From an uncultured Mycoplasmatota bacterium (lineage in GTDB: Bacteria; Bacillota_I; Bacilli_A; RF39; UBA660), in NCBI GenBank assembly GCA_946402735.1, contig CAMIXH010000001.1, positions 378,908 to 442,907 on the forward strand: 64,000 nucleotides of DNA, read 5' to 3'. The position numbers and the translations under genes are program-made. The notes beneath the pieces were generated by a model. That model ran no database searches. It worked only from the letters and a program-made list of their open reading frames with translations, and was not told the origin of the DNA. Positions 18,033 through 27,794 of this stretch are shown here, piece after piece (the stretch's first letter is position 1; each line of letters opens with the position of its first letter).

Positions 18033-19734
18033 CTAAAACTAATTTTCCACCAAGCTTACAGAATTTTTCTTTTAACATATCTCTAGTTTCTAAATATGGT
18101 TTAATTTCTTCATCATATCCCAAGATTAGATATATTTCTCTCTTCTTAGCTGATGTTAATTCTGTACTAGATAAAGATGAGGTTAACTTTCTAAATAATA
18201 GTTCATATTTCTTTTCAATAACTTTAATTTGTTTTTCATTAGCATTAATTAATCTTCTAATTTCTTCTAAGATTATATCATCTGCTTTATTTGAAATACT
18301 TCTATCAATTGTTTTAGCATAATCTGTTTCATCTGTAATAGTTGGAACACTAATTCCTTTTTCTAATTCTTCTTTAGATAATTTTAGATTTACTATTGCT
18401 TCTAAACCTTTATTAGCATCATATACATATGCTTGAGCAGTTTTATCTGATTCATATAAGTTCTGAGCATCCCATGCACTTGATCCACATGGTGAACCAT
18501 TTCTAACTACTTCTACTCCATTTTCAGCAATAAATCTTTCAGTTGCATTATGTAGATGTGCAGCATGAATAACAACATGATCCACAGCTTTAGCATCATC
18601 TCTAAACATCATTGTTGGAAGTTCAGATAATTTTTTATCACTAAGTGGTTTCCCATCCGGTCCTTTACCATGACAAGCAATAATTAAATTATTATTCCAA
18701 CGTTTAGCATTTGCAAATCTTAAATCTTTTACATCACAACTAATTTTTACTTTAGGATCATCTTTATATCTATAATATAATTGCATGTATAACATATAGT
18801 CTGTTAAGAAATCATGATTTCCTGGTTGGAACATAAGATGTAATACTTCACAATTCTTTTTCATTCTTTCAATAGACCAAATATGAGCAGCAATTCCACT
18901 AGATATCATTTGTTGGAATCTAGTATCATTATGTTGTTCAGTACCAGCAGTAGTTGTATTTTGTTCTGTATCTGTATTAAAGAAGTCATTTCCAATAGTC
19001 ATAATTACTTCTTTTGGTTTATACAAATTAACAACTTGTTCTGCTTGTATAATCATTTTAATATATCTATATAAAGCTTTTTTATAATCGTATGCATCTT
19101 TTGAATCAAACTTACTAGCAAGTTTTCCTAAATGTAATTCAATATCTGGTATAAATACTAGTTTTTCTGCATTATATTTTGTTTTTGTTTTTCTTGTTTG
19201 AGTTGGTGTTAATTGACTTTGTAATATAGCAGTATATACATTTTCATCAATTAAGAATTCTTCTAATGCTTGTTTATACAAATTGAAGAAATAATCATCT
19301 GATATAGCATTAACTGGTTTTCTTTTTACAAATCTAATAGTAAATTTTGATTGATAAGTTTGTTTAACTTCAGTAACTTTTACAGGGAAACGCATCTTTT
19401 TCATTTGATCTTCATCATAACCCATTTCTTCTATTTCAGAAGGGGTTAAGATTTTCTCTTCTTTTACAGGTACCATCCAATAACCTGTATCAATTCCCTT
19501 TATTTCCCATTCCATTGGGTTTTTATGGAAGAAAGAATATAAGAATTCATCTTTAGATACAATATCCATTATTTTCTTTCTTGCTACTTCTAATGAATCT
19601 TGGGGGTCAACATGAAAGACATTTTTCAAGTCATCTTCACTTATTGCAAAAAAAGTTCTTTCAGGTTTAGTACCCTCCATTACTTCTACTTCAAATTTAA
19701 GATCTAGTAATTCCTTACTATATTCCTTTGCCAT
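18016..19734 (-). CDS. Calcineurin-like metallophosphoesterase with unknown ~190-aa N-terminal domain and coiled-coil C-terminus
   Basis: Phosphoesterase motif series IPDIELH, IGNDFFNTD, PGNHDF, ACHGKG, HAAHLHN. No signal peptide. Has its own Shine-Dalgarno GGAGGT and terminator. Confidence 0.5.
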   Translation of the reverse strand: MAKEYSKELLDLKFEVEVMEGTKPERTFFAISEDDLKNVFHVDPQDSLEVARKKIMDIVSKDEFLYSFFHKNPMEWEIKGIDTGYWMVPVKEEKILTPSEIEEMGYDEDQMKKMRFPVKVTEVKQTYQSKFTIRFVKRKPVNAISDDYFFNLYKQALEEFLIDENVYTAILQSQLTPTQTRKTKTKYNAEKLVFIPDIELHLGKLASKFDSKDAYDYKKALYRYIKMIIQAEQVVNLYKPKEVIMTIGNDFFNTDTEQNTTTAGTEQHNDTRFQQMISSGIAAHIWSIERMKKNCEVLHLMFQPGNHDFLTDYMLYMQLYYRYKDDPKVKISCDVKDLRFANAKRWNNNLIIACHGKGPDGKPLSDKKLSELPTMMFRDDAKAVDHVVIHAAHLHNATERFIAENGVEVVRNGSPCGSSAWDAQNLYESDKTAQAYVYDANKGLEAIVNLKLSKEELEKGISVPTITDETDYAKTIDRSISNKADDIILEEIRRLINANEKQIKVIEKKYELLFRKLTSSLSSTELTSAKKREIYLILGYDEEIKPYLETRDMLKEKFCKLGGKLVLEKKPQ

Positions 19735-19862
19735 CTAATATTACCTCCAACAAAAAATGAGTATACCAAAATCAAAAATAAAATGTTTTGTTATACCCTT
19801 TCTATTTTCTCTACCATATTCATTTTAATATAAATTTTAAAAAATATCAATAAAAAACATGA

Positions 19863-20468
19863 TTATTTTCCAACAATACTTTTGATTGGTTCAAAAGATT
19901 TTCTATGTTCTTTTAAAATTCCATATTTATTTATGGCTTCTATATGTTTTTTTGTTCCATAACCTTTATTATGTTTAAAATCATATTCAGGATGTTTTTT
20001 GTCTAATTCTATTAGCATTCTATCTCTTGTAACTTTAGCTATTATAGATGCTGCTGCTATACTTAAACTTTTAGCATCTCCTTTAATAATTGATGTTTGA
20101 GGAATATCAATATCTAGTTTAACAGCATCTATAAGCAAATGTTCTGGTTTAATACTAAGATTATTTACTGCTTCTATCATCGCTTTTTTAGTAGCTTCTA
20201 AAATATTAATATCATCTATTACTTCATTTGATGACATACCTATTCCAACACTTAAAGCATTTTCCATTATTACATCATATAATAGTTCTCTTTTCTTTTC
20301 TGTTAATTTTTTTGAATCTTGTATTCTTTCATCAAAATAATCAACAGGCAAAATAACAGCAGCTGTTACTACTGGACCAATTAGTGGACCTCTTCCTACT
20401 TCATCAATACCAGCTATATATTTAATGCCTTTATTATATAGTTCATTTTCAAATTCTTTCATAAACAT
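19863..20468 (-). CDS. rnhB: Ribonuclease HII
   Basis: Motifs [29 protein letters not shown] and GYGTKKH. The start is ambiguous among GTG 20471, ATG 20468 and ATG 20462. Confidence 0.9.
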   Translation of the reverse strand: MFMKEFENELYNKGIKYIAGIDEVGRGPLIGPVVTAAVILPVDYFDERIQDSKKLTEKKRELLYDVIMENALSVGIGMSSNEVIDDINILEATKKAMIEAVNNLSIKPEHLLIDAVKLDIDIPQTSIIKGDAKSLSIAAASIIAKVTRDRMLIELDKKHPEYDFKHNKGYGTKKHIEAINKYGILKEHRKSFEPIKSIVGK

Positions 20469-20511
20469 CACATAAATATTATAACATTTAAAAAGACATT
20501 TTACATGTCTT

Positions 20512-20937
20512 TTATTCTATAGTACAAGTATAACCAACTTCTTCTAAACCTTCTTTTGATTTAGTTATTGAAGATAGTTTTTCTAATTCATTATTAGTAA
20601 TCTTATCAACATTCAAATCAGAATATACATGAAGATTTTTGCTTTCAATACTTTGAGTACAATTTTCAAAAGCTTCTTTATATTGACTCATTGCATTTTG
20701 AACTACTTCACAGAAATCTTTTTGACGTAATAAATCTATTTGTTGATCAGAATATGCTGATAAATTCATATCATAAGTTAAATTCATTTTAGTGATTCTA
20801 GCACCTTTAAATGTAACATTATAACCTACATCAACACCACTTTCTGTTGCTTTACAACGAAGTACTTGTTCCTTTCCACATCCAGCTAATAATAAAAGAC
20901 CAAATACCATTAATGCACTTAAAAATAATTTCTTCAT
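20512..20937 (-). CDS. Lipoprotein of unknown function
   Basis: Starts [20 protein letters not shown] (lipobox LAGC). I trimmed the start to ATG 20937, which has AAGGAG 8 nt upstream. Confidence 0.7.
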   Translation of the reverse strand: MKKLFLSALMVFGLLLLAGCGKEQVLRCKATESGVDVGYNVTFKGARITKMNLTYDMNLSAYSDQQIDLLRQKDFCEVVQNAMSQYKEAFENCTQSIESKNLHVYSDLNVDKITNNELEKLSSITKSKEGLEEVGYTCTIE

Positions 20938-20995
20938 AAATGATTCTCCTTCCATATTCATTTTAACATAAATTATAAAAAAAAAGAACTATTAA

Positions 20996-21280
20996 TTAGT
21001 TCTCTAAAACGCTTACTTGTTTTTTATCTTTTCCTTTTCTTTCGAACTTAACGTTTCCAGCAACTTTAGCATATAATGTATGATCTTTTCCCATACCTAC
21101 ATTTGTTCCAGGATAAACTTTAGTTCCTCTTTGACGATAGATTATTGCGCCAGCTTTACAAACTTGACCGTCTGATAACTTAGCACCTAATCTACGACCA
21201 GCAGAATCTCTACCATTCTTTGTAGATCCAACACCTTTTTTAGATGCGAATAATTGTATATTTAAATTCATTTTAATCAT
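20996..21280 (-). CDS. rpmA: 50S ribosomal protein L27 with N-terminal propeptide
   Basis: [33 protein letters not shown]. The extension ahead of ASKKG is typical of Firmicutes pro-L27. The start could be M1 (21280) or M4 (21271). Confidence 0.95.
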   Translation of the reverse strand: MIKMNLNIQLFASKKGVGSTKNGRDSAGRRLGAKLSDGQVCKAGAIIYRQRGTKVYPGTNVGMGKDHTLYAKVAGNVKFERKGKDKKQVSVLEN

Positions 21281-21587
21281 GGTTTTCCTCCTTAATATCT
21301 ATATTTTTATCATAATTTTCTTTTAGTTCGTATATTAAACTAACTAAATTATTAAGTAAACTATTAGTTATATTATCTTTCTTGACATTAACAATTTTTA
21401 AATCGTTACCATCAGTATAACTTATAGCATCTTTATCTATTTCAAGTATTCCATTTATTGTAGTTATTATCATTGTACTAAATGATGCACATACAATATC
21501 TTTTCCATAACCATCATATCCTGCATGACCATGACATTCAATACTTGAAATAATATTATTTTCTTTATTAATTCTTACTTTTATCAT
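21273..21587 (-). CDS. prp: Ribosomal-processing cysteine protease Prp (YsxB family)
   Basis: 104 aa lying between rplU and rpmA. Has the His/Cys dyad context [20 protein letters not shown]. Confidence 0.85.
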   Translation of the reverse strand: MIKVRINKENNIISSIECHGHAGYDGYGKDIVCASFSTMIITTINGILEIDKDAISYTDGNDLKIVNVKKDNITNSLLNNLVSLIYELKENYDKNIDIKEENHD

Positions 21588-21886
21588 TATTTACTAATAG
21601 ATTTAATAAGTATTTTTGTATAAGGTTGTCTATGTCCTTGAGTTTTTCTATATTTCTTTTTAGGTTTATATTTGAAAACTAGAATTTTCTTTTGTTTACC
21701 ATGTTTTAAAACCTTAGCAACAACCTTAGCTCCTTTAACAGTAGGAGTACCTACTTTACCATCAACATATAAAACTTCATCAAAAACAACTTCTTTATCT
21801 ACTTCTTGGTCTAATTTTTCAACATATAGTTCTTGTCCTTCTTCAACCATATATTGTTTTCCACCAGTAACAAATATTGCTTTCAT
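21587..21886 (-). CDS. rplU: 50S ribosomal protein L21
   Basis: [33 protein letters not shown]. Shine-Dalgarno is AAGGAGG. Confidence 0.95.
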   Translation of the reverse strand: MKAIFVTGGKQYMVEEGQELYVEKLDQEVDKEVVFDEVLYVDGKVGTPTVKGAKVVAKVLKHGKQKKILVFKYKPKKKYRKTQGHRQPYTKILIKSISK

Positions 21887-22010
21887 TTTATTCCTCCTTC
21901 AATAAGACTCGCTTTTAAGGTAAGAATTACTCTTTTTATAATAACCTTTTCAATGCGGTTGTAGAGAAAGATTTCTACAAACATGAGTATTTTAGCATAA
22001 TTCGGGTATT
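21887..22010 (-). promoter_or_regulatory. Probable L21 leader (ribosomal-protein autoregulatory 5' UTR)
   Basis: About 120-nt untranslated region upstream of rplU. It has the hairpin TTGTAGA-N9-TCTACAA (about 21959-21983) and locally raised GC. Its position matches the Firmicutes L21 leader. I cannot check the covariance model. Confidence 0.45.
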
Positions 22011-22033
22011 ATGTCAAACAATTTATTGCTTTT

Positions 22034-22735
22034 TTACTTATCATTTAAACATTCATAGAAACTAAAATATTCATTTCTTCCAAATATTAAATGATCTACT
22101 ACTGGAATACCCATCAAAGAGCCAATTTCAAATAATGATTTAGTTAATTCTTTATCTTGAATAGAAGGGCTTACATCCCCTGATGGATGATTATGAAATA
22201 CTATTATAGAATAAGCACTATTTATAATAGCATATTTAAATATTTCTCTTGGATGAACGCATGAAGTATTAATAGTACCTTTAAATAATAATTTATATGT
22301 TATTAAATATGATTTAGTATCTAAATATATAGCATAGAAATTCTCTTCATTTTCTTCAATAACTAAATCTTTAAAATATTCATATATTACTTTAGAATTA
22401 TTTAGTTTTATCTTTTCTTTTTCTACTCTATAAAATACTCTTCTACCTAGTTCAATCGCACTAAGTAATTCTATTGCTTTAACACTACCTATTCCATTAA
22501 TACTTTTTAATCTCTGAAAAGAAATACTCCTCAAATCATTTATATTACTAATTAAACTAATAATATTATTTGATATATCTTTAGCACTTTTATTATGTGT
22601 ACCTGTTTTAATAATAATTGATATTAAATCTTCATTAGATAAACTATTAATACCATATTTAATAGCTCTTTCTCTGGGTCTTTCACCAATTGGAATATCT
22701 TTTATCATAATAATAAAAACTAATATGAAAATCAT
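22034..22735 (-). CDS. radC: RadC-family JAB/MPN domain protein
   Basis: MIKDIPIGERPRERA, an HhH segment, and the JAMM motif HNHPSGDVSPSIQD. The alternative start at 22708 gives the canonical N-terminus. ATG 22735 has the better Shine-Dalgarno but adds a hydrophobic 9-mer. Confidence 0.85.
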   Translation of the reverse strand: MIFILVFIIMIKDIPIGERPRERAIKYGINSLSNEDLISIIIKTGTHNKSAKDISNNIISLISNINDLRSISFQRLKSINGIGSVKAIELLSAIELGRRVFYRVEKEKIKLNNSKVIYEYFKDLVIEENEENFYAIYLDTKSYLITYKLLFKGTINTSCVHPREIFKYAIINSAYSIIVFHNHPSGDVSPSIQDKELTKSLFEIGSLMGIPVVDHLIFGRNEYFSFYECLNDK

Positions 22736-22782
22736 ATTAGTTTATTCCTTTCTAATAGTATTATTAGCTATTATTTATTAAA

Positions 22783-23790
22783 TCACTTTAACTCTTTTAA
22801 ACTTTCTATTACATTATGAAGATTATCTGCTTTAATCAATTCTATTTTATAGTTATTTTTTTCTTTTTCTTTTAATGCTTCTTCATAATTCTCACTTGGT
22901 ACGATAAATACATTTGCTTTCTTATTAACTGCTCCTTTTAACTTGTATTTAACTCCATCTATTTTACCAACTCTACCATCTTCATATATAACACCAGTAC
23001 CACTAATTTTTAAGCCCTTAGTTAAGTCATATTCAGTAATTTTATTAAATATATCTAAAGCACATAAAAGTCCCCTAGAAGAGCCTGATTCATTGTCTTT
23101 AAATACATATTCTACTTTAGGATTAGTAGTAATACTTTTAAGTTCAGATAAAGTAATTCCAATATATACTTGTTCAGCCTCTTTATATAATACAGAATAA
23201 CACTCTTTTTCTTTATTATTTCTTATTATTTTTATATCTAATCTATCATTCTCTTTATATTTAGATATTTCATTTTTTAAATCTTCAAAACTAGTTATTT
23301 CTATTCCATTAATACTTTTAATAGAATCTCCTACTTTTAAATCAGTATTAGCTTCTTTTGAAATATGTGTTACTAATACATCAACAGAATCAATATTATA
23401 TGATATTTTTGCTTCATTAAAAGCAGCTATTATAGCATCATAACTAGTTTCTTTTAAATATATTTTATCTCTTTCAACTATTTCTTTCTCACTCTCATCA
23501 TCTATTCTCATTTTATCTAGACTAACAAGATCCCAAGAAGGAATTATATAAGATAATAATATATTAGGAATAGTACCATCTCTTGCCATAACATATGTAA
23601 GATTAAAAGTACCTTTGCTCTCATAAGAATTATCTACTTTAATTCTATTAGTTAAATCAACAAGTCCACCAGGAGAATATATATAATAATCAAGTTTAAT
23701 ATTAAAGAATAATAATATAAATAAAAGAATCAAATAAAATTTATAATTCTTTTTAATATCATTAAATATATAATTAAATATCTTTTTCAT
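22783..23790 (-). CDS. YlbL/SdrC-like membrane protein with PDZ domain and Lon-type S16 protease domain
   Basis: N-terminal TM segment, a PDZ segment (GDSIKSINGIEI) and a Lon_C-like segment (GSSRGLL...ISGTGVI..GKIDGVKYKLKGA). I trimmed the start to ATG 23790, which has AGGTGA upstream; the track start is GTG. Confidence 0.7.
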   Translation of the reverse strand: MKKIFNYIFNDIKKNYKFYLILLFILLFFNIKLDYYIYSPGGLVDLTNRIKVDNSYESKGTFNLTYVMARDGTIPNILLSYIIPSWDLVSLDKMRIDDESEKEIVERDKIYLKETSYDAIIAAFNEAKISYNIDSVDVLVTHISKEANTDLKVGDSIKSINGIEITSFEDLKNEISKYKENDRLDIKIIRNNKEKECYSVLYKEAEQVYIGITLSELKSITTNPKVEYVFKDNESGSSRGLLCALDIFNKITEYDLTKGLKISGTGVIYEDGRVGKIDGVKYKLKGAVNKKANVFIVPSENYEEALKEKEKNNYKIELIKADNLHNVIESLKELK

Positions 23791-23808
23791 ATATTTCACC
23801 TACTATCA

Positions 23809-23817
23809 ATTATAGCA
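23809..23817 (-). promoter_or_regulatory. Extended -10 promoter element upstream of the ylbL-like gene
   Basis: Minus strand TGCTATAAT. The -35 is weak and the leader would be very short. Confidence 0.35.
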
Positions 23818-23921
23818 CATTTATTTTTTAAAAGAATAAGAAGAAATGTCTAATTTTATTCTATCTGACAACTACCAAAAGGATAAATATAATAATCAAA
23901 AGGAATATCAAAAAAGTAAAA

Positions 23922-23960
23922 ATATAAATAAAAGAATACTTATTAGAAGTATTCTTTTTT
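23922..23960 (-). terminator. Rho-independent terminator after the 1028-aa gene
   Basis: AAAGAATACTT / AAGTATTCTTT stem with a 5-nt loop and a U-rich tail, immediately after the stop at 23964. Confidence 0.7.
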
Positions 23961-23963
23961 ATT

Positions 23964-26900
23964 TTAATTCTTTTGGCAGTTTACTATGTATGTGTTACCC
24001 ACGTGACTATTTTGAGAACATGGAGTTGATGATGATTTTACACAAGAATCAACAATCCTAGTAGTCTTTGGTCCTAAGCTATATCTATATCCACATTCTT
24101 TCCAAGTTCTATTTGCTGTACATGTATATTTGTATCCACCATCAGAAGAACATACTGATTCACCACAATTATCTAAACCAGGTAAATCTTTAATAAAGGT
24201 TTCTTGATAATAAACGTGCCAATCTTCATCCCAAACTTGCTTACATTTATATTCATGTTTTGTCCAAGTACATTTATAATCTTTAACTTTGCCTATATCA
24301 GATGCAGATGAGCATGCAGCACTAGATTCTCCAGGCCAAACACAATTATTTGTATTATTTTGTTTTGAAAGCCATGTAAGGGTTTTATTACATGTTTGTA
24401 AAGTTGCAGTCCATGTTTCTTCTTTAGTACAATTACTTGTATTTCCATAATATACTGTATGACTTGATGAACTATATCCGTTTCCACAAGAAGTACAATT
24501 TTCTCCAGAGGATGCAACATGTGTATTAGCTGAACATGATATATAACATTCTGAAAGAGATGATTTTCCAGCATCACTTGTATAGTCACCATTACATTGA
24601 ACTCTTCCTTGAATACTATTTTTGTAATTATATGTTCCTCCGCCACAATAGTATCCTGCTGTACATGTTGAACATGTTGAACTATTTGCATTTAAGAATT
24701 TACCACCCGAACATGTTACATAACAACTACTTATTGTTCCAGAACCAGCGGCACTTATCATTGAACCTGGGCATTGTGTTATTCCTTGAACACTGTTTCT
24801 ATAATTATATGTTCCACCTTCGCAATAGAAACTAGCTAAACATGTTGAACATGTTGAACCATTTGCTTCTAGATATTTTCCTCTGTCACAAGATATACTA
24901 CAGCTTCCAATTGATTGAGCGCCAGCATCACTTGTCATACTTCCTGGACATTTTGTTAATCCTTGATCTGCTGTACTACTAAAGTTGAATGTTCCACCTT
25001 CACAGTAATTACCAGCTGTACATGTTGAACATGCAGAAGCACCTTTTGGTAAATATGTTCCCTTTGCACATGTTATGCTACATGCTGCTTTAGAAGTTGA
25101 TTGCTCAGGACATGTCATTGAACCAGGACATGCATCACAAGTTACTGCTCCACCTGTAGAATAATGATTTACAGTACAATTCTTGCAATCTGCAAGGCCA
25201 ATTTCATCGGCATATTTACCAGCTGCACAGTTTTTACATCCATTAGCTTCGGTTGATTTACCTGTTCCCGTTCCTTCTTTTCCAGTTGGACATCCGTGAC
25301 GATCATTTCCTCCACCACAGTAGTATCCATCTTCACATGTTGTACAATCTTCTACTTTCTTTCCGCCAGTAGAATTCCTATATGTTCCAGCTGGACAATT
25401 TGCATTATGACTTCCACCTGTACAATATTTACCAATTGGACAAGTATCACATCCTGTATTTCCTTTTGTTGTATTATATGTTCCAGCCGTACATGTTGAA
25501 CACTCTGGTGTTCCTTCATTTGCAGCATATTTTCCTTCTAAGCATTGTGAACATCCTTCTGCCTCATTTTTCTTTCCTTCGCCTGTTCCTTCAGTTCCTC
25601 GTGGACATGCAGTATGATTTGCCCCACCTGTACAATAATAACCATCTTCACAAGGTTTACATGTAGATTGACCATCTGAATCTGTGTATGTTCCTGGTGG
25701 ACATTGACCACAATCAGGAGATGTTCCATCATTAAATGTTCCAGCTGGACATGCTTCAAAATTAGCTATCATCTGTACAGTGCTATTCTTTGTTGGATTT
25801 AAATTAACAAAATATCTATTTTTAGTTTTATCATTAAATGCACTTGTTACTGTATTTGCTGTAGTTCCTGTTTTTGCAGTAGTTGTGTTTCCATTAAATG
25901 TCCATCCTGCAAATTGATGTCCTGCTTTTTTAGCATTATCTATTTCTACTACTACATCATATGTTGCACTTGTTGGATGTAGTGTTCCAAATGTTCCACC
26001 ATTCAAATTATATGTTATTGTATATGTATTTTTTGTAATACTTGCATATAAAGTATGATTTGTATCTCTAAAATCATTAGTACTACCAAGGTTTAAATTT
26101 TTTGCATTACTAGTAAAATTACCATTAGCATCAATAACTTGGACACTACCATAATAGAATCCATTAAATGTCCATCCAGTTATTGTTGGTTTTATAATAC
26201 TAGTTATTGGATGTTTTGTTTCATAATCACTATACCAGTTTGTTCTATATTTAAAGTACACTGGTTTTGGATTTGGTTGTGTTGCATATGTTTTTGTTGT
26301 ACTTCTATAATCTTTGTCAGAATCCTTTATAGCTAAATCAAATATATATGTCTTTAACTCAAAGACTGCAGTACATGTTATATCCCTTTGAATATTCTCA
26401 ACTGTATAATTATTTTCATAAATATTTGCTCCCATTTTGATAAGTTCACATTCATCTTTTCTAGTATTGTAATAATAACCATTAGCTGGTATTAAGACAT
26501 ATTGAAGTGATTCTCCAGGTCTTACATATCTTTCACCTAAAGGACTTACTGTTCCATAACTTGTGTTATTAGATATGATATCAACTGCATAACCTTCTTC
26601 AAATGTCCATGGATTAGCATATGTTCCCTTTCCGCCAAAGATTGTTCCTGGTTTTATATACTCAGTAACTCTTGTTCCTGATAAACTATCAGCACTCTTT
26701 GATTGAATATATGCATCTACATAATACTTACGATTAGATTCAGCACTAGTAAGTGTCCAATACTCTTTTCCATTTGCTAAGTAACTTTGGTTTGAGTAAA
26801 CACTTAAATCAAATTCACTCTTGCTTAAAAGTCCACCATTTATAAATGCTGAACTATCTCCAAAACCTGTTTTTTCATAAACATAGTTTTTGCCAAATAA

Positions 26901-27050
26901 AAGGTATTTTCTTCTATCTCTAAAAGTAGTGATATAGTTATTTGTTTTTGTAACAGCTTCACCATATGTAGTTACTACAGCTGCATAAACAAACACTGGT
27001 ATAATAATTAATAATAAGAATAAAAATATAAAATACTTCTTATTTTTCAT
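23964..27050 (-). CDS. Large secreted protein: signal peptide, DUF6273-like N-domain, beta-rich middle, one Listeria-Bacteroides (Flg_new) repeat, about 600 aa of Cys-rich C-x2-C repeats
   Basis: Signal peptide MKNKKYFIFLFLLLIIIPVFVYA. Flg_new unit YTITYNLNGGTFG..GHQFAGWTF. From residue 434 there are repeated CxxCxxGxY units. There is no LPXTG motif and no C-terminal TM segment. Confidence 0.8.
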   Translation of the reverse strand: MKNKKYFIFLFLLLIIIPVFVYAAVVTTYGEAVTKTNNYITTFRDRRKYLLFGKNYVYEKTGFGDSSAFINGGLLSKSEFDLSVYSNQSYLANGKEYWTLTSAESNRKYYVDAYIQSKSADSLSGTRVTEYIKPGTIFGGKGTYANPWTFEEGYAVDIISNNTSYGTVSPLGERYVRPGESLQYVLIPANGYYYNTRKDECELIKMGANIYENNYTVENIQRDITCTAVFELKTYIFDLAIKDSDKDYRSTTKTYATQPNPKPVYFKYRTNWYSDYETKHPITSIIKPTITGWTFNGFYYGSVQVIDANGNFTSNAKNLNLGSTNDFRDTNHTLYASITKNTYTITYNLNGGTFGTLHPTSATYDVVVEIDNAKKAGHQFAGWTFNGNTTTAKTGTTANTVTSAFNDKTKNRYFVNLNPTKNSTVQMIANFEACPAGTFNDGTSPDCGQCPPGTYTDSDGQSTCKPCEDGYYCTGGANHTACPRGTEGTGEGKKNEAEGCSQCLEGKYAANEGTPECSTCTAGTYNTTKGNTGCDTCPIGKYCTGGSHNANCPAGTYRNSTGGKKVEDCTTCEDGYYCGGGNDRHGCPTGKEGTGTGKSTEANGCKNCAAGKYADEIGLADCKNCTVNHYSTGGAVTCDACPGSMTCPEQSTSKAACSITCAKGTYLPKGASACSTCTAGNYCEGGTFNFSSTADQGLTKCPGSMTSDAGAQSIGSCSISCDRGKYLEANGSTCSTCLASFYCEGGTYNYRNSVQGITQCPGSMISAAGSGTISSCYVTCSGGKFLNANSSTCSTCTAGYYCGGGTYNYKNSIQGRVQCNGDYTSDAGKSSLSECYISCSANTHVASSGENCTSCGNGYSSSSHTVYYGNTSNCTKEETWTATLQTCNKTLTWLSKQNNTNNCVWPGESSAACSSASDIGKVKDYKCTWTKHEYKCKQVWDEDWHVYYQETFIKDLPGLDNCGESVCSSDGGYKYTCTANRTWKECGYRYSLGPKTTRIVDSCVKSSSTPCSQNSHVGNTYIVNCQKN
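24417..25130 (-). repeat. About four tandem 59-60-aa Cys-rich coding repeats (CPGSM..C..C..G.Y..CSTC.AG.YC.GGT.N..)
   Basis: The repeat starts at residues 641, 701, 760 and about 819 of the 1028-aa protein. The DNA periodicity creates several spurious alternate-frame ORFs. Confidence 0.8.
25146..25661 (-). repeat. Internal ~105-aa duplication within the Cys-rich region
   Basis: C(K/T)xCEDGYYCxGG..CPxGxEGTGxGK..GCxxCxxGKYA occurs at residues about 464 and about 569. Confidence 0.7.
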
Positions 27051-27120
27051 AGTATCACCTTTCTCTTACTCTACTATAAAAAATTATATCATATGTATTA
27101 TTTTCTTGCAAAACTTTTCA

Positions 27121-27153
27121 ATAAAAAAACAATGAATTATATTTCATTGTTTT
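27121..27153 (-). terminator. Rho-independent terminator after the 207-aa pseudopilin-like gene
   Basis: AAACAATGAA / TTCATTGTTT 10-bp stem, 6-nt loop and U-run. It separates the two-gene operon from the 1028-aa gene. Confidence 0.75.
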
Positions 27154-27161
27154 TGTTATTC

Positions 27162-27785
27162 TTATAATTCTATAGAAGCGTAATAATAATCTCCATTACC
27201 TCTTTCAAATACACCTATCATATAAGTAATTGGATTATTACATTTAGAAGTATCTGAATTATTATTAATATAATTACCATTACTATCTATAGTATTTAAA
27301 TCATTACATTTCTTAAGAGTTTTCATATATTCAATAGTACCATTATCATATATTTCAACTGCTTTTAATTCACCTCTTCCTTTAGGATTACCATAAACAT
27401 CTAAATCATTTAATTCATTCCTAATATTTTCAATAACATACAAATGTACAAGTCCCATATCATCAAATACTTGATTACAATCAAATAATAATTCTCCCAT
27501 TTTAGTAGTTGAACAATTATACGAACTGGTTACTTCACGATCTGCTCTAAATGATATACCTTTATGAGCTAAATTAGTGCAAGCCATTCCATAATTACAT
27601 ACATCATCAGTACCAAGTTTGCTTAAAACATAAACTAGATATTTGTCTGATGTTTTATCATATTTCTCTTTCTCTTTTGTTTTTCTAGTTACCAATGAAT
27701 AACTTGAAATAAGCATTGCAAGTGATAAAGCAACTACAACTAATACAACTATACTTTCTACAAATACAAAACCATCTTTTTTCAT
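27162..27785 (-). CDS. Pseudopilin-like protein (207 aa), Cys-containing
   Basis: Starts MKKDG-FVFVESIVVLVVVALSL (Gly-1, Phe+1, Glu+5). Its Shine-Dalgarno AGGAGG overlaps the upstream stop codon. Confidence 0.6.
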   Translation of the reverse strand: MKKDGFVFVESIVVLVVVALSLAMLISSYSLVTRKTKEKEKYDKTSDKYLVYVLSKLGTDDVCNYGMACTNLAHKGISFRADREVTSSYNCSTTKMGELLFDCNQVFDDMGLVHLYVIENIRNELNDLDVYGNPKGRGELKAVEIYDNGTIEYMKTLKKCNDLNTIDSNGNYINNNSDTSKCNNPITYMIGVFERGNGDYYYASIEL

Positions 27786-27794
27786 ATTTTCCTC

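Noticed and set aside
22783-23790. Suspicion that the YlbL-like Lon-domain protease is catalytically dead (GSSRG instead of GPSAG).
   Set aside because: The Ser aligned with the nucleophile and a downstream Lys (KYKLKGA) are both retained. The deviation is in flanking residues only, so inactivity cannot be claimed from sequence.
24293-26336. Several 65-132-aa ORFs on both strands inside the 1028-aa gene (24293..24691, 24536..24835, 25296..25499, 25382..25666, 25538..25759, 26139..26336).
   Set aside because: They are alternate-frame or antisense shadows of the repetitive Cys-rich coding region. They have odd composition (His/Val/Gln or Ile/Cys/Ser runs) and no Shine-Dalgarno, and they are fully nested in a long, well-supported ORF.
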